A DNA stretch of 64,000 nt, from positions 2,112,001-2,176,000 of the forward strand of contig OY776510.1 of NCBI GenBank assembly GCA_963675665.1, given 5' to 3'. The stretch comes from Spirochaetia bacterium. Its GTDB lineage: Bacteria; Spirochaetota; Spirochaetia; UBA9216. Of this stretch, positions 29,129 through 40,639 are shown in pieces. The position numbers and the translations under genes are program-made. The notes under the pieces were generated by a model. It worked only from the letters and a program-made list of their open reading frames with translations. It was not told the DNA's origin and made no database searches. The first letter of the stretch is position 1. Each line of letters starts with the position of its first letter.

Positions 29129-29280
29129 ATTGTACTTCCGTGTACAATTTATATTTTCTGTTTGAGAGATTTTCTCTCTCAAACAGCTCCAGCTTATCGC
29201 CCTTCCGGGGCGAGAGATATTGGAAGTTGAACAAGCAAAGCGTGTCAAACTTTACCATAATAATCCGCCTTCCGGGGCGA
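29122..29280 (+). repeat. intercistronic multi-hairpin element (C-B-A-B'-A')
   Basis: AATATAAATTGTAC-TTCCGT-GTACAATTTATATT; CTGTTTGAGAGA-TTTTC-TCTCTCAAACAG; TCGCC(C)-TTCCGG-GGCGA; AAGTTGAACA..TGTCAAACTT; CGCC-TTCCGG-GGCG. Confidence 0.75.
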
Positions 29281-29305
29281 AGATGTAATTTATAGGAGAT
29301 AAATT

Positions 29306-31765
29306 ATGCCTAAATCATTACCAATTGATCCTGTTGAAATCAGGAAGCCGGGAACAATAAAAATTAACGATATTCCCGTAAATAAATATAAACCCGATTT
29401 TAAGAAAGAAGAAAAGCTCTACGGAAAGGAAGGCCTTCTCGGTGTTTATTACGATATGCTGATTATCCGTGAGTTCGAGACCATGCTCGACCAGATCAAA
29501 AAGGAAGGTTCGTATCAGGGAATGGAGTATAACCATAAGGGTCCTGCTCACCTTTCCGCCGGCCAGGAGTCGGCTTCTGTAGGCCAGAGTCTTGTCCTCG
29601 ATACGGACGACTTTATTTTCGGTTCACACCGAAGCCACGGAGAAATCCTTGCCAAGTGTTTTTCCGCCATCAAAAAGCTCGATGAAAAAACACTCACCGG
29701 CGTGATGGAAAGCTTTTTCGGCGGGGAGACCCTGTCCGTTGTTGAAAAACACAACAAGGGAGAGAATGTAAAAGATCTTGCGGAGAACTTCGTTCTTTAC
29801 GGCGCCCTTGCAGAAATTTTTGCGCGCGCACAGGGCTTTAACAGGGGGCTCGGCGGATCTATGCATACATTTTTTGCGCCGTTCGGTTCAATGCCGAATA
29901 ACGCTATTGTAGGCGGAAGCGGAGATATTTCGGTAGGTTCCGCTTTATACAAGCGTGTAAACCGGAAACCCGGAATCGTTATTGCCAATATAGGCGACGC
30001 CTCGCTTGCATGCGGACCTGTCTGGGAAGGAATTGTGTTCGCTGCAATGGACCAGTACAGGACCCTCTGGGACAAGGAAATAGGCGGAGCGCCCCCGGTT
30101 ATGATAAATGCATTCAACAACTTTTACGGTATGGGCGGCCAGCCGATGGGTGAGACCATGGGTTATCGTGAAGCGGCACGTCTCGGCGCGGGTGTTAATC
30201 CGGAAGGCATGCATTCCGAGCGGGTGGACGGTTTTAATCCGCTGGCGGTTGCCGACGCAGTTTCCAGGAAGAAGAAGCTGCTTCTTGAAGGCAAGGGCCC
30301 TGTATTCATGGATACGATAACATACCGCCTTTCGGGTCACTCTCCTTCGGACACTTCAACATACCGGACCAAGGAAGAGTTTGCAGCTTTCAAGGAAAAT
30401 GATGCGCTTGACGGTTACGAGAAATATCTTAAAGAGAACGGCGTGCTTGACGACAGTACCGCCGAAGCAATGAAGGCCAGGGTTGCCAAAAAGATAGGCG
30501 ATACAATGCGCATAGCAATTGATGATTCGATATCACCGCATGTTGACGGCAGGTTTATAGAATCGGTTATGTTCTCGAATGAGCAGGCTGAAAAGCTTGA
30601 CGATCGTGAACCGGAAGTCCTGATGCCTCTTGAAGAAAACCCCAGGGTTAAGGCTAATGCACGCAAGGCGCGGTATGCATTCGATGAAAGCGGCAAACAG
30701 CTTCCGGCGTCAAAACAGTTTGTTTACAGAGACGCTCTGTTTGAAGCGGCCATTCACGGTTTCTACACGGACCCGACCCTGATTGCCTACGGCGAAGATA
30801 ACCGCGACTGGGGCGGGGCGTTCGCCGTGTACCGCGGCCTGACCGAAGCCCTTCCTTACCACCGTCTGTTTAACTCGCCGATTTCGGAGGCTTCCATAGT
30901 CGGTACGGGCGTCGGATATGCAATGAGCGGCGGTCGTGCAATGGTTGAACTGATGTACTGCGACTTCCTCGGCCGCGCCGGAGACGAGATATTCAACCAG
31001 ATGCCGAAATGGCAGGCAATGTCGGGCGGCGAGCTGAAGATGCCGCTGGTGCTGAGGGTGTCCGTCGGAAACAAGTACGGGGCACAGCACTCCCAGGACT
31101 GGTCGGCCCTTGTCGCTCATATTCCCGGACTAAAGGTAATGTTCCCGGCAACACCGTATGATGCAAAGGGCATGCTCAACCTTGCTCTGAAAAGTACCGA
31201 TCCGGTAGTGTTCTTTGAAAGCCAGAAACTGTACGGTATCGGTGAAGAATTCGAGAAGAACGGGGTTCCCGAGGGGTATTATGAAATACCTGAAGGCGAG
31301 CCTGCTGTTAAAAGAGAAGGCAAGGACATTACTATTATCACAATAGGCGCTACCTTGTATGAAGCAGTTAAGGCTGCGGACATTCTTGAGGAAAAATACG
31401 GTATGAGCGCCGAAGTTATTGATTTGAGATTTATCAACCCGCTTAACTATGATCCGATTATTGAATCCGTCAAAAAAACCGGCAAGGTACTTCTTTCCTC
31501 CGACGCGAGTGAGCGGGGTTCATACCTGCATAATGTTGCTTCAAACATCAGCCGCCTTGCGTTTGATTACCTTGACGCGCCGCCGGTTGTTGTTGGCTCC
31601 AAAAACTGGATAACTCCGCCGGCGGAAATGGAAGAGCTGTTTTTCCCGAGAGCTTCATGGCTGATTGATGCAATCAGTGAAAACATAATACCGCTTGAAG
31701 GACATGCCGGCACTTCAATTCAGACGGACGGAGAGGTTATCCGTCAGAATCGAGAGGGAGTATGA
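29306..31765 (+). CDS. ThDP-dependent dehydrogenase E1, alpha-beta fusion (PDH/acetoin dehydrogenase superfamily)
   Basis: HLSAGQE, HRSHG, GLGGSMH, GDAS...NN, YRLSGHS; beta part GED, SPISE, GAQHSQ, DAKGML. Confidence 0.92.
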   Translation: MPKSLPIDPVEIRKPGTIKINDIPVNKYKPDFKKEEKLYGKEGLLGVYYDMLIIREFETMLDQIKKEGSYQGMEYNHKGPAHLSAGQESASVGQSLVLDTDDFIFGSHRSHGEILAKCFSAIKKLDEKTLTGVMESFFGGETLSVVEKHNKGENVKDLAENFVLYGALAEIFARAQGFNRGLGGSMHTFFAPFGSMPNNAIVGGSGDISVGSALYKRVNRKPGIVIANIGDASLACGPVWEGIVFAAMDQYRTLWDKEIGGAPPVMINAFNNFYGMGGQPMGETMGYREAARLGAGVNPEGMHSERVDGFNPLAVADAVSRKKKLLLEGKGPVFMDTITYRLSGHSPSDTSTYRTKEEFAAFKENDALDGYEKYLKENGVLDDSTAEAMKARVAKKIGDTMRIAIDDSISPHVDGRFIESVMFSNEQAEKLDDREPEVLMPLEENPRVKANARKARYAFDESGKQLPASKQFVYRDALFEAAIHGFYTDPTLIAYGEDNRDWGGAFAVYRGLTEALPYHRLFNSPISEASIVGTGVGYAMSGGRAMVELMYCDFLGRAGDEIFNQMPKWQAMSGGELKMPLVLRVSVGNKYGAQHSQDWSALVAHIPGLKVMFPATPYDAKGMLNLALKSTDPVVFFESQKLYGIGEEFEKNGVPEGYYEIPEGEPAVKREGKDITIITIGATLYEAVKAADILEEKYGMSAEVIDLRFINPLNYDPIIESVKKTGKVLLSSDASERGSYLHNVASNISRLAFDYLDAPPVVVGSKNWITPPAEMEELFFPRASWLIDAISENIIPLEGHAGTSIQTDGEVIRQNREGV

Positions 31766-33099
31766 GAAGCCGGAAAATCGATAACAAACTTATAGATAAA
31801 CTTAATGCAGGCAGCAGGGACGAACGCGTCTCTGCTGCTTTTAATGTTGGAGAGCAGATAGAAAAACTTGGTCTCTATTCGGACAAGACCGACGAAGTTA
31901 ACAACCATATCCATACGACATTTTCATTCAGTCCCTATTCCCCGTCTATGGCTGCATTTATGGCAAGGTCTGCCGGTTTGAAGGCCGCCGGAAGCGTCGA
32001 CCACGACAGTATAGGCGCTGCAAAAGAGATGGTTGAAGCCTGTAAGGCTTTCGGAATCGGATCTACAGTCGGCTGCGAGCTTAGGGTAAATTTTAACGGG
32101 ACCTTTCTTGAAGAGAAGAAAATCAATAATCCCGATATGGTTAACAGCGGGTATATTGTATTTCACGGAGTGCCGCACGACAGGATTGATGAACTTGCGC
32201 ACTGGCTGAAACCTGTTAATGAGGAACGCAACAGAAGAAACAGGGCCCAGGTTGAAAAGCTCAATTCGCTTTTACCGCAGGGAATTATTACGCCTCTTGA
32301 TTTTGATCGGGATGTGTATTCCATATCCGAGGCTGATAACGGCGGGGCTGTTACGGAGCGGCATATTCTTTACGCGCTGTCGGTCAGAATTGTTGAGAGT
32401 TTCGGCAAAGGCAGGGGGACGGTTGATTTTATCTCTGAAAAGCTTGGAATCAATGTGCCTGACAGGGTGAAGGGATATTTGCTTGACGGTGAGAACCCCC
32501 ATTATTTGTATGATCTGCTCGGAATACTTAAAAGCAATATTGTACCCAGGTTTTATATGATGCCCAAAGAGGCTGAAAGTCCCAACGCCAGGGCCGCGGT
32601 TGATTTTGCCAACAGTATCGGCGCTATTCCGGCTTATTCATATCTCGGCGATGTTGCCGAAAGTCCTACCGGCGATAAAAAGGCCGAGAAATTTGAGGAT
32701 GAATATCTTGATGAAATGTTTCCGATCATTAAGGACCTGGGATTCAGGGCCGTAACCTATATGCCTCCCCGCAATACTCTTGAACAGCTGAAACGGGTTA
32801 TGAATCTCTGTGAAAAATATGATCTAATGCAGATAAGCGGGGTCGATATCAATTCTTCAAGGCAAGTCTTTAATTGTCCCGAGATTATGCTTCCTGAATT
32901 TTCTCATTTGATTGCTTCAACCTGGGCTTTGATAGCGCATGAGCATCTTGCTTCACTGGACTCTTCGCTTGCTTTGTTCAGCCGGACCGGCAGGTTTGCT
33001 GCCCTGTCTCTTGAGGAAAGACTGAAAAAATATACCGGGTTCGGACTTGCAATGGATTTGAAGAACCCTGAAAGAATTATCGATCTTGTACAGGATTAA
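31762..33099 (+). CDS. PHP-domain putative metal-dependent phosphoesterase
   Basis: [14 protein letters not shown]; C-terminal SGVDIN in place of GSDxH. Confidence 0.8.
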   Translation: MRSRKIDNKLIDKLNAGSRDERVSAAFNVGEQIEKLGLYSDKTDEVNNHIHTTFSFSPYSPSMAAFMARSAGLKAAGSVDHDSIGAAKEMVEACKAFGIGSTVGCELRVNFNGTFLEEKKINNPDMVNSGYIVFHGVPHDRIDELAHWLKPVNEERNRRNRAQVEKLNSLLPQGIITPLDFDRDVYSISEADNGGAVTERHILYALSVRIVESFGKGRGTVDFISEKLGINVPDRVKGYLLDGENPHYLYDLLGILKSNIVPRFYMMPKEAESPNARAAVDFANSIGAIPAYSYLGDVAESPTGDKKAEKFEDEYLDEMFPIIKDLGFRAVTYMPPRNTLEQLKRVMNLCEKYDLMQISGVDINSSRQVFNCPEIMLPEFSHLIASTWALIAHEHLASLDSSLALFSRTGRFAALSLEERLKKYTGFGLAMDLKNPERIIDLVQD

Positions 33100-33113
33100 A
33101 GGAGAGTTTTTTA

Positions 33114-34148
33114 ATGAACAAACTTGATATTGCGCCCCTGCTTCGGGGGCTTACTTTTAACGGGGAAACCGGGGCTGTAATCCGCTGTAAGTCCGAAGAA
33201 ATAAAGGATGATAATACTCTTTCACTCACCGCTGAGAAAATTACCGGGCTAAAGGCTTTGCCGGAAGGAACCTCCTGTGTATCGGTAGAGGGTTTCGGAA
33301 CCTTCGAAATAAAACCGGCAAGGCGGATAGCTGTAGTTACCGGCGGGGCCCAGGGGTTTGGAGCAGGTCTTGTAGAGAAGCTTGTTGAAAAAGACATTTT
33401 TGTTTTTATTGCGGATATGAACCTGAAAGGGGCTGAGAAATTCGCGGATGAGCTTAACAGCCGGTATAAAGGCAAAACAGCTTCCGCGGTTGAGGTTAAT
33501 GTTGCCGATGAAGCTTCGGTTGAACGGATGATAAACGAAGTTGTATTTTCTGCCGGCGGACTGGATATTTTGGTAAACAATGCCGGGGTGCTTAAGGCCG
33601 GAAGCGTAAAAGAGCAGGCTCTTTCCGATTTTGAATTTGTTACCCGGGTGAATTATACCGGTTATTTTCTGTGCGTGAAATATGCATCGAGGGTAATGGC
33701 CGCCCAGAACAGGGCAAGTGTGGGTGCCGGTTTGGGCAGATACTACACCGATATTATTCAGATTAATTCCAAATCAGGGCTCCAGGGCTCAAACAAAAAC
33801 GGGGCCTACGCCGGAGGAAAGTTCGGCGGCATAGGGCTGACCCAGAGCTTTGCCATGGAGCTGGTTGAAGACAATATCAAGGTGAATTCCATATGTCCGG
33901 GGAATTTTTTCGAAGGACCTCTCTGGGCTGATCCGGAGAGAGGTCTTTTTGTGCAGTATCTGAATGCCGGGAAGGTTCCCGGGGCTAAAACCATTGATGA
34001 TGTAAAAGCTTTTTATGAGGCCAAGGTGCCGATGGGCCGTGGATGCAATCCCGACGACATAGCGAAAGCATTGTTTTACCTTGTAGCTCAGAAGTATGAA
34101 ACGGGACAGGCCCTGCCGGTAACAGGCGGCCAGATTATGCTTAAATAA
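33114..34148 (+). CDS. SDR, sorbitol-6-phosphate dehydrogenase (SrlD)-like, with a ~70-aa N-terminal extension
   Basis: TGGAQGFG, NNAG, IQINSKSG..GS.KN..Y...KFGGIGLTQS. Confidence 0.82.
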   Translation: MNKLDIAPLLRGLTFNGETGAVIRCKSEEIKDDNTLSLTAEKITGLKALPEGTSCVSVEGFGTFEIKPARRIAVVTGGAQGFGAGLVEKLVEKDIFVFIADMNLKGAEKFADELNSRYKGKTASAVEVNVADEASVERMINEVVFSAGGLDILVNNAGVLKAGSVKEQALSDFEFVTRVNYTGYFLCVKYASRVMAAQNRASVGAGLGRYYTDIIQINSKSGLQGSNKNGAYAGGKFGGIGLTQSFAMELVEDNIKVNSICPGNFFEGPLWADPERGLFVQYLNAGKVPGAKTIDDVKAFYEAKVPMGRGCNPDDIAKALFYLVAQKYETGQALPVTGGQIMLK

Positions 34149-34194
34149 GTTTGCTGATGCAAACTCCATTTCACCAAACCGCCTTCCATGGCGG
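34148..34194 (+). repeat. intercistronic copy of the hairpin element (B-A)
   Basis: AGTTTGC-TGAT-GCAAACT(CCA) ... CCGCC-TTCCAT-GGCGG. Confidence 0.78.
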
Positions 34195-34218
34195 CCAGGA
34201 TTTAATTAGGAGATAATT

Positions 34219-35634
34219 ATGAAGAAATATATTGCTGTAGATCTTGGAGCCTCAAACGGGAGGGTTATAGTCGGAAACCTTGAAGAGATAGAGGTTGTTG
34301 CACGATTCCCCAGCCGACCGGTACGTATCAAGGACTCAATCTACTGGGATTTCCTGGGACTTATCGCTGATATCCGTGAGGGGTTGAAAACAGCATTTAA
34401 AAAGTACGGTGATGAAATCGTCAGTATCGGTTTTGATACCTGGGGGGTGGATTATGCGCTGCTGGACAAGAATGGAGATTTGATCGGAAATCCTTACCAT
34501 TACCGGGATAGTCGAAATGACGGGATGGTGGAGAAGTTTTTTGAAATTGTCCCCAAAGAAGAAGTGTATAATGAAACAGGCATCCAGTTCATGCAGATAA
34601 ATACTCTGTATCAGATTTTTGCCCACTACAGGAATTCACCGGAAATCGTAAAGGCCGCAAGACATTTTCTTACCGTGCCGGATTTATTGAACTACTGGCT
34701 GACCGGAGTGATGAAGAACGAGTTTTCCGAGGCTACTACAACCCAGTTGTATAATCCGGTGAAACGGAAATGGTCTGAAAAGCTGATAAAAGCAGCAGGA
34801 TTTAATCCGGACATTTTCAAGGAAGTAGTGCTTCCCGGCACAGTGATAGGGCCTCTTCTTCCTGTGGAAGCAAAAAAACTTGGTGCGGGCGGGCATGTGG
34901 TGGTGACGACGGCGGCCTGTCATGATACGGCTTCGGCAGTTGCTGCAATGCCTGCAGTCTCCGGAGGAAATCCGGCATTTCTGAGTTCAGGCACATGGTC
35001 TCTGCTTGGAATCGAACTTGATCAGCCGGCAATAAACGAGCTCAGTTTTAAATACGATTTTACAAATGAAGGCGGACGCGAAGGAACTATTACGTATCTT
35101 AAAAACATTATGGGCCTCTGGATTATCCAGGAATGCAAGGCCTTCTGGGATAAAAACGGAGAAGAATACAGCTGGCCGGAAATTGTTCAGATGGCCGAAG
35201 ATGCCGGTTCTTTAGATGCCAGAATAGATGTTGATGATGCTTTATTCTTTGATTCCAATCTTACCAGCTCGGGAATGCCGCTCAGGATACAGAATTACTG
35301 CAGGGAACACGGCCGAACGGTGCCGGAGACTGTTGCCGAAATTTCAGCCTGTGTTTTCAGAAGCCTTGCTGATAAGTATGCTGTAACGGTTAAAATGCTT
35401 AAAGAGAGTACCGGCTCAAAGATTGACAGTCTGTATATTATAGGAGGCGGATGCCAGAATGATTTGCTTAACCGATGGACTGCCGAAGCTGTCAGGATTC
35501 CGGTTTTTGCCGGGCCTGTAGAGGCTACTGCTATCGGGAATATTCTTGTCCAGGCAATTTCAGCAGGAGATGTTTCTTCATATGAAGAAGGCCGCAGGAT
35601 AATTGCGGAAAATTTTGAAGTAAAGAGGTACTGA
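34219..35634 (+). CDS. rhamnulokinase-like FGGY sugar kinase
   Basis: AVDLGASNGR, DTWGVDY, HDTASA, SSGTWSL, NIMGLW, GPVEATAIGN. Confidence 0.88.
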   Translation: MKKYIAVDLGASNGRVIVGNLEEIEVVARFPSRPVRIKDSIYWDFLGLIADIREGLKTAFKKYGDEIVSIGFDTWGVDYALLDKNGDLIGNPYHYRDSRNDGMVEKFFEIVPKEEVYNETGIQFMQINTLYQIFAHYRNSPEIVKAARHFLTVPDLLNYWLTGVMKNEFSEATTTQLYNPVKRKWSEKLIKAAGFNPDIFKEVVLPGTVIGPLLPVEAKKLGAGGHVVVTTAACHDTASAVAAMPAVSGGNPAFLSSGTWSLLGIELDQPAINELSFKYDFTNEGGREGTITYLKNIMGLWIIQECKAFWDKNGEEYSWPEIVQMAEDAGSLDARIDVDDALFFDSNLTSSGMPLRIQNYCREHGRTVPETVAEISACVFRSLADKYAVTVKMLKESTGSKIDSLYIIGGGCQNDLLNRWTAEAVRIPVFAGPVEATAIGNILVQAISAGDVSSYEEGRRIIAENFEVKRY

Positions 35635-35678
35635 AAGCTTTAACATTTGGTAACCCATTTTGAAGTTTCCGGCCTCTG

Positions 35679-36941
35679 TTATGCCGGAAATTTTAATGCA
35701 ACTTTCTTGTTGTTGTCGTTTTCAATTTTGACGTCAATTGAACCGTTTATCTGTTCGGTAAGAAGTTGAATGAGGTTAATCCCGACAGATTCGGTTTCAA
35801 CTATTTGAAGTATATCTATGAATTCCGAATAGTTGAAATGATAGTTAAGTATTATTTCGTCATCTTTCTGATCAAATTTTATTTCTATCAAATTATTCAT
35901 ATTTTTTTCAGGCCATTGCTTTAATGCAATGGAAACAATTTCAGATGTTATCAGGCCGAGCGGAACTACCTTTTCAGGAGTCAGAAATATTGAAGGGATT
36001 GATATTCTGAGGTTTATATTTTCCCGATTGAATGATGTTAAAAGGTATCCGGTCAGATCGCTGATATAATCATTGAATTCTATCCGGGATAAAAGTTCTT
36101 TATTGTAAAGTTTTTCAAATATTAATGAGATGGAGAAAATCCTGTTCTTCAGATCTGTAAAATGTATTGTGTTGTCGGATCTATCCGGATCATCATAAAA
36201 ATTAATCAAACTGATAATAAGCATAAGATTATTTTTAACCCTGTGATGCACTTCTTTCATTAAAATCTCCTGCTCATGCAGTGATTTATACAGACCGCGT
36301 TCAAATTCCTTTTGTTTTGTGATGTCCCTGATTGCACAGGTAATATAATTACAGTCGATTGCGGCAAATCTGCATTCAAGACTTTTCCCCTGTTTTTCTG
36401 AAGGGATGTCGCATTCAACAATAGTTGTTATATTTTCTTCTGCAGCCCTTGTAATCGCGAATTTAACATCCTTCCTGGAGTTTTCCGGCAGGAAATCAAT
36501 TATATTCCCGCCAACAGAGGGTGAATATTTTTTATTCGATGATTTGGGATAATTCGGGATTCGCAATATACAACCTTCCCTGTCTATCTGGCAAAATTGA
36601 TCCGGCAGGGCTTTATAAATTGACTTCAGTTCATCGGTTCGATCTTCAACTATTTTTTCCAGTTCATTTAAATCTATCAGGAAATGTGATTCGTATTTTG
36701 TTTTGAAGTGTGATATTAAAATGGACAATATCGATAGTGCTGAAAAGTCAATTGTGTTAATTATGATAAGAGCACAGCACAACGGCTTATTGATTGTGTT
36801 TCCGTTAATGATAATAGACAGAGAGCAAAGAATAATAACTGCTGATACGCATAGTATCGGGATATAAAGCAATTTAAGACGTTCAGTAAGTTTGTAAAGA
36901 TTTTTCACTTTATAAGATTCTATTATAGATGAATCTTTCAT
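35679..36941 (-). CDS. HisKA_2-type sensor kinase with a degenerate ATPase domain
   Basis: 2 TM segments, PAS-like region, EVHHRVKNNL. N box and G1 box are not conserved. Confidence 0.75.
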   Translation of the reverse strand: MKDSSIIESYKVKNLYKLTERLKLLYIPILCVSAVIILCSLSIIINGNTINKPLCCALIIINTIDFSALSILSILISHFKTKYESHFLIDLNELEKIVEDRTDELKSIYKALPDQFCQIDREGCILRIPNYPKSSNKKYSPSVGGNIIDFLPENSRKDVKFAITRAAEENITTIVECDIPSEKQGKSLECRFAAIDCNYITCAIRDITKQKEFERGLYKSLHEQEILMKEVHHRVKNNLMLIISLINFYDDPDRSDNTIHFTDLKNRIFSISLIFEKLYNKELLSRIEFNDYISDLTGYLLTSFNRENINLRISIPSIFLTPEKVVPLGLITSEIVSIALKQWPEKNMNNLIEIKFDQKDDEIILNYHFNYSEFIDILQIVETESVGINLIQLLTEQINGSIDVKIENDNNKKVALKFPA

Positions 36942-37039
36942 TTAGATAAATTCTCCATTAGGGATATTAATATTTTCGGGGAAATCGCACTGCTGTTTAA
37001 GAATATGTTAGCGCAAACATAATATGATATTCACTGTAT

Positions 37040-37939
37040 TTAGTCAATACCTGCGGAGGTTTTGTCTTTGATAATTTTAACAGGCAGGTTCAGAATAAGA
37101 ACTCCGCTCATTATCAATATTCCGCCGATTATCTGCTGGGTTGTTATCATTTCCTTAATCAGTATCCACGCCAGTATAAGTGTGTAGAGCGGTTCGAAAG
37201 TGCTTATAATGGAAGCATTTTGTGCCCCGACAATCTTCAATCCGTTCAAGAAAGCTATAAAGCCGATTATTGTACTCCAGACGGCCAGTACAATACCTGT
37301 TGTAATGTTGGTAATGCTGAAATTAATTCGGAGCGAACCGGTGGCAGCCCCGTATACGGTAAAAAACACCAGACAGCATACAGCCATATAGGCCGATATC
37401 TTCACTGGCGGAATATCTGCCAGTATTTTACGACTTCCGATAATATAAACTGAATACGCCACTGCAACCAGAAGGGCGAAAAGAACTCCCCTGAAATTAA
37501 TATAACCGAGAGGCCCCCAGAGTACAACCAGGCATCCGGCCAGTGAAACAATCAGGGCAATAAGTTTTCGGCGGCTGAAACGTTCGCCGAGAAAGGGAAT
37601 TGAGCCTGCCATTACCAATGCCGGGTAAATATACAGTATTAATGAGCCGAGAGCCGCACTTATATACTTCATGGCAAGGAACATCATCAATGCTACATTT
37701 CCATAGCAGACAAGGCCTAAAAAGAGAAGTCCGAACAGTTGGTTTCGGGTAACATGCCATTTTATCCTGCGTATTTTCATAAAGGCGGTAAAAAAAAGAC
37801 TGACGATTGCAAACCTGATTATCATTATGCTGGTTTCGTTCCCGCCGGCGGATATTGCAATTCTATTAATAACCGGAATTGATCCGAACGCGCATGCTGA
37901 AATGATTATCAGGACCAGCCCTTTAAGTTTGTCGCTCAT
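37040..37939 (-). CDS. EamA/DMT family transporter
   Basis: 10 TM segments in two repeats; FLGERF, STFEP. Confidence 0.9.
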   Translation of the reverse strand: MSDKLKGLVLIIISACAFGSIPVINRIAISAGGNETSIMIIRFAIVSLFFTAFMKIRRIKWHVTRNQLFGLLFLGLVCYGNVALMMFLAMKYISAALGSLILYIYPALVMAGSIPFLGERFSRRKLIALIVSLAGCLVVLWGPLGYINFRGVLFALLVAVAYSVYIIGSRKILADIPPVKISAYMAVCCLVFFTVYGAATGSLRINFSITNITTGIVLAVWSTIIGFIAFLNGLKIVGAQNASIISTFEPLYTLILAWILIKEMITTQQIIGGILIMSGVLILNLPVKIIKDKTSAGID

Positions 37940-38120
37940 GTTTTCTCCTGCGGAATATTAACACAAAAATTATGGATTATTCAGTTTCTTTGATGGTATG
38001 GAGCTGATAATACGCTGATAAATAATTTGTAAGAATGTAGATATTTACCCTTGATTTCATAATCCCGATACATATCATTAACACTGTAGATTTAAAATTA
38101 ATTTAAAACGGAGAAACACT

Positions 38121-40118
38121 ATGCTGAAAGATTTGAAGATGGCAGGGAAAATGATTCTTGGATTTGGAGCTGTATTAATTATTATTGCCGTTATTATAGC
38201 GATGACAGTTCTGGATATGTTTAAAATTCAGGGACTGGCTGAAGATATGGATTATGATTTTTTGCCGGAAATTGAACTGGCAACGAATCTGGAAAGAGAT
38301 TCGCTGCAAACCATGTATAACATGAGGGGGTACGCACTTAATTTCGGCAGGAACTATCGCGTTGTTGCGAAGGAATATCTTGCTGAAATAAATACGATTA
38401 TTGATGATGCAAAGGAACTTGCCGAAGGTTCGGAGAATCTCGTGAAACTGGAGGGATCGATAGCAACTATTGAAAAAGAAATTGCAAACTATTCAAAAGG
38501 CGCCGACCAGACAGAAATTCTGATAAATAAGATTCTGACTGAGAGGGATCTTCTGGACAAATCCGCTGCGGAATTTAAAAAAGAAACTTCATCGTTTTTA
38601 AACAGCCAGGAGGCCCAATTTAAGGCGGATCTTGAAGTGGGGAAACCCGATTCTGCCATAATGGAGAGAATGCACAAGATTTCTCTGATAAATGCAATAA
38701 TCGATCTCACCAGTGAGGCCCGTGTGAATGCATTCAAGGCGCAGTTAAATGTGGATTACACCATAGCGGAACAGGCTGTTACTTATCTGGATAATATAGA
38801 TTCGGAAATTGCTGAATTGGAGCAAATAACGAGATTGCAGCAGAATCTTGATGAAATTGACCGAATCCATCGGGCAAAGACAACCTATGCAAATGCAATA
38901 AATACTATAGCGTCTTTATACAAACAGCTGGAAGAACTCAACGTGACAAGAGGGGCAGCTGCAGATGCAGTACTTGAATCAGCCCGGGAACTTTCAGGCG
39001 CCGGCCTTGAACAGACAAGCAGTAAAGCTCAGCTCAGTGTTGATACAATTGATAATTCATTACGAATCATCATTGCAGGTTTTGTAATTGCAATAATAAT
39101 TTCAATTCTGATAGCTGTTATTCTGACGTTATCAATAACAAAAGCTTTGCAGAAAGGCGTCATTTTTGCGCAGAGTCTTTCGGAGGGAGATCTGAGAGTT
39201 GAACTTGATGTAGTTCAGAAGGATGAAATCGGAAAACTTGCTGAAGCTCTTCGAAATATGCAGGAAAAGCTCAGGGAAGTTGTTAAGGAAGTCCGGGGAT
39301 CAGCTATGATGGTTACACAGGGCAGCCAGCAGCTGGCAAGTACAGCTGAGCAGATTTCTCAGGGTGCAACCGAACAGGCCTCTACGGCTGAAGAAGTTTC
39401 CTCTTCAATGGAAGAGATAGGCGCTTCAATCAGGCAGAACACGGACAATGCTTCCCAGACTGAAAAGATAGCATCAAAGGCTGCTGATGATGCGGAAACC
39501 GGCGGAGCTGCTGTTTTGAATGCTGTAGAGGCCATGAACCTTATTGCAGAAAAGATAAAAGTTATTGAGGAAATAGCTAGAAACACTAATTTGTTGTCCC
39601 TTAATGCTGCTATTGAAGCGGCGAGAGCCGGAGAACATGGAAAAGGTTTTGCGGTTGTTGCATCAGAAGTAGGCAAGCTTGCTGCCAACAGTCAGGCTGC
39701 TGCAAATGAAATATTGGGACTGGCAAACTCAAGTGTTGAGAAGGCAAATAATGCAGGTGAAAAGATACAGTCAATTATACCGGATATCAGAAAAACAGCA
39801 GATCTCGTTCAGGAAATAAGCGCAACAAGTATGGAACAGAATTCCGGTGCTGAAATGGTTAACCAGGTAATGGTGCAGCTTGATCAGGTTATTCAACAGA
39901 ATGCAGCAGCGGCCGAAGAATCATCATCCATGTCGGAAGAGCTTTCAAGTCAGGCGGAGAAACTGATTGATATGATCGGCTTTTTTAAAATTGATGATAA
40001 TGTTAAGATTAACAGGGCGAACAGCAGAACTGTTTCAAAATCTGTACTGCAATTAAACAGTAAAACCGACACAAAAGCTTTTGCGGATGCCGGTGATGCT
40101 GATTTTGAGGAGTTCTGA
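38121..40118 (+). CDS. methyl-accepting chemotaxis protein
   Basis: 2 TM segments, [33 protein letters not shown]; C-terminal pentapeptide DFEEF (CheR/CheB tether type). Confidence 0.95.
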   Translation: MLKDLKMAGKMILGFGAVLIIIAVIIAMTVLDMFKIQGLAEDMDYDFLPEIELATNLERDSLQTMYNMRGYALNFGRNYRVVAKEYLAEINTIIDDAKELAEGSENLVKLEGSIATIEKEIANYSKGADQTEILINKILTERDLLDKSAAEFKKETSSFLNSQEAQFKADLEVGKPDSAIMERMHKISLINAIIDLTSEARVNAFKAQLNVDYTIAEQAVTYLDNIDSEIAELEQITRLQQNLDEIDRIHRAKTTYANAINTIASLYKQLEELNVTRGAAADAVLESARELSGAGLEQTSSKAQLSVDTIDNSLRIIIAGFVIAIIISILIAVILTLSITKALQKGVIFAQSLSEGDLRVELDVVQKDEIGKLAEALRNMQEKLREVVKEVRGSAMMVTQGSQQLASTAEQISQGATEQASTAEEVSSSMEEIGASIRQNTDNASQTEKIASKAADDAETGGAAVLNAVEAMNLIAEKIKVIEEIARNTNLLSLNAAIEAARAGEHGKGFAVVASEVGKLAANSQAAANEILGLANSSVEKANNAGEKIQSIIPDIRKTADLVQEISATSMEQNSGAEMVNQVMVQLDQVIQQNAAAAEESSSMSEELSSQAEKLIDMIGFFKIDDNVKINRANSRTVSKSVLQLNSKTDTKAFADAGDADFEEF

Positions 40119-40156
40119 TGGTATTTTCAATGAAAAATAAAAGCAGGAGGATTTAA

Positions 40157-40633
40157 ATGGCTGATATTTTAACCGGAAACCAATTTGTGACCTTTAAAAT
40201 TGAAGATGAGATATATGCTATAAATGTGTTTAAAGTAAGAGAGATTTTGGAGGTCCCTGATATTACAAAAGTTCCGGGAATGCCGGAAATGATAAGAGGG
40301 GTGATAAACATCCGCGGAGATGTCGTTCCTGTTCTCGATTTAAAACAGAAATTCGGCAACGTCAAAACCGAGTTCAAACAGGATACTGCGATTATTGTTA
40401 CAGAGGTTGAAAAAGAAGAAGAAACAATCCCCGTAGGGATATTGGTTGATGCGGCAAAAGAGGTCGTTACGCTTGAATCGGAGCAGATGGAGCCGCCGCC
40501 GAAAATGGGGATTTTCATAGATAATAATTTTCTTCTTGGTATGGGCCGGATAGATGAAACATTTATCATTCTTCTAAATATTGACAAAATCCTGTCTGAT
40601 CAGGAGATGAAAGTTATTAACAGCCTGGAATAG
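40157..40633 (+). CDS. cheW: chemotaxis coupling protein CheW
   Basis: FVTF...YAINV..VREI, GVINIRGDVVPVLDL, GILVD. Confidence 0.95.
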   Translation: MADILTGNQFVTFKIEDEIYAINVFKVREILEVPDITKVPGMPEMIRGVINIRGDVVPVLDLKQKFGNVKTEFKQDTAIIVTEVEKEEETIPVGILVDAAKEVVTLESEQMEPPPKMGIFIDNNFLLGMGRIDETFIILLNIDKILSDQEMKVINSLE

Positions 40634-40639
40634 GACAGA

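Noticed and set aside
35656-35668. CATTTTGAAGTTT fragment of the hairpin element
   Set aside because: Only 13 nt with no partner arm; it may be a remnant but is too short to call.
38045-38071. sigma28 promoter for the MCP-cheW genes (TTAC-15-CCCGATAC)
   Set aside because: The -35 match is too weak to support a call.
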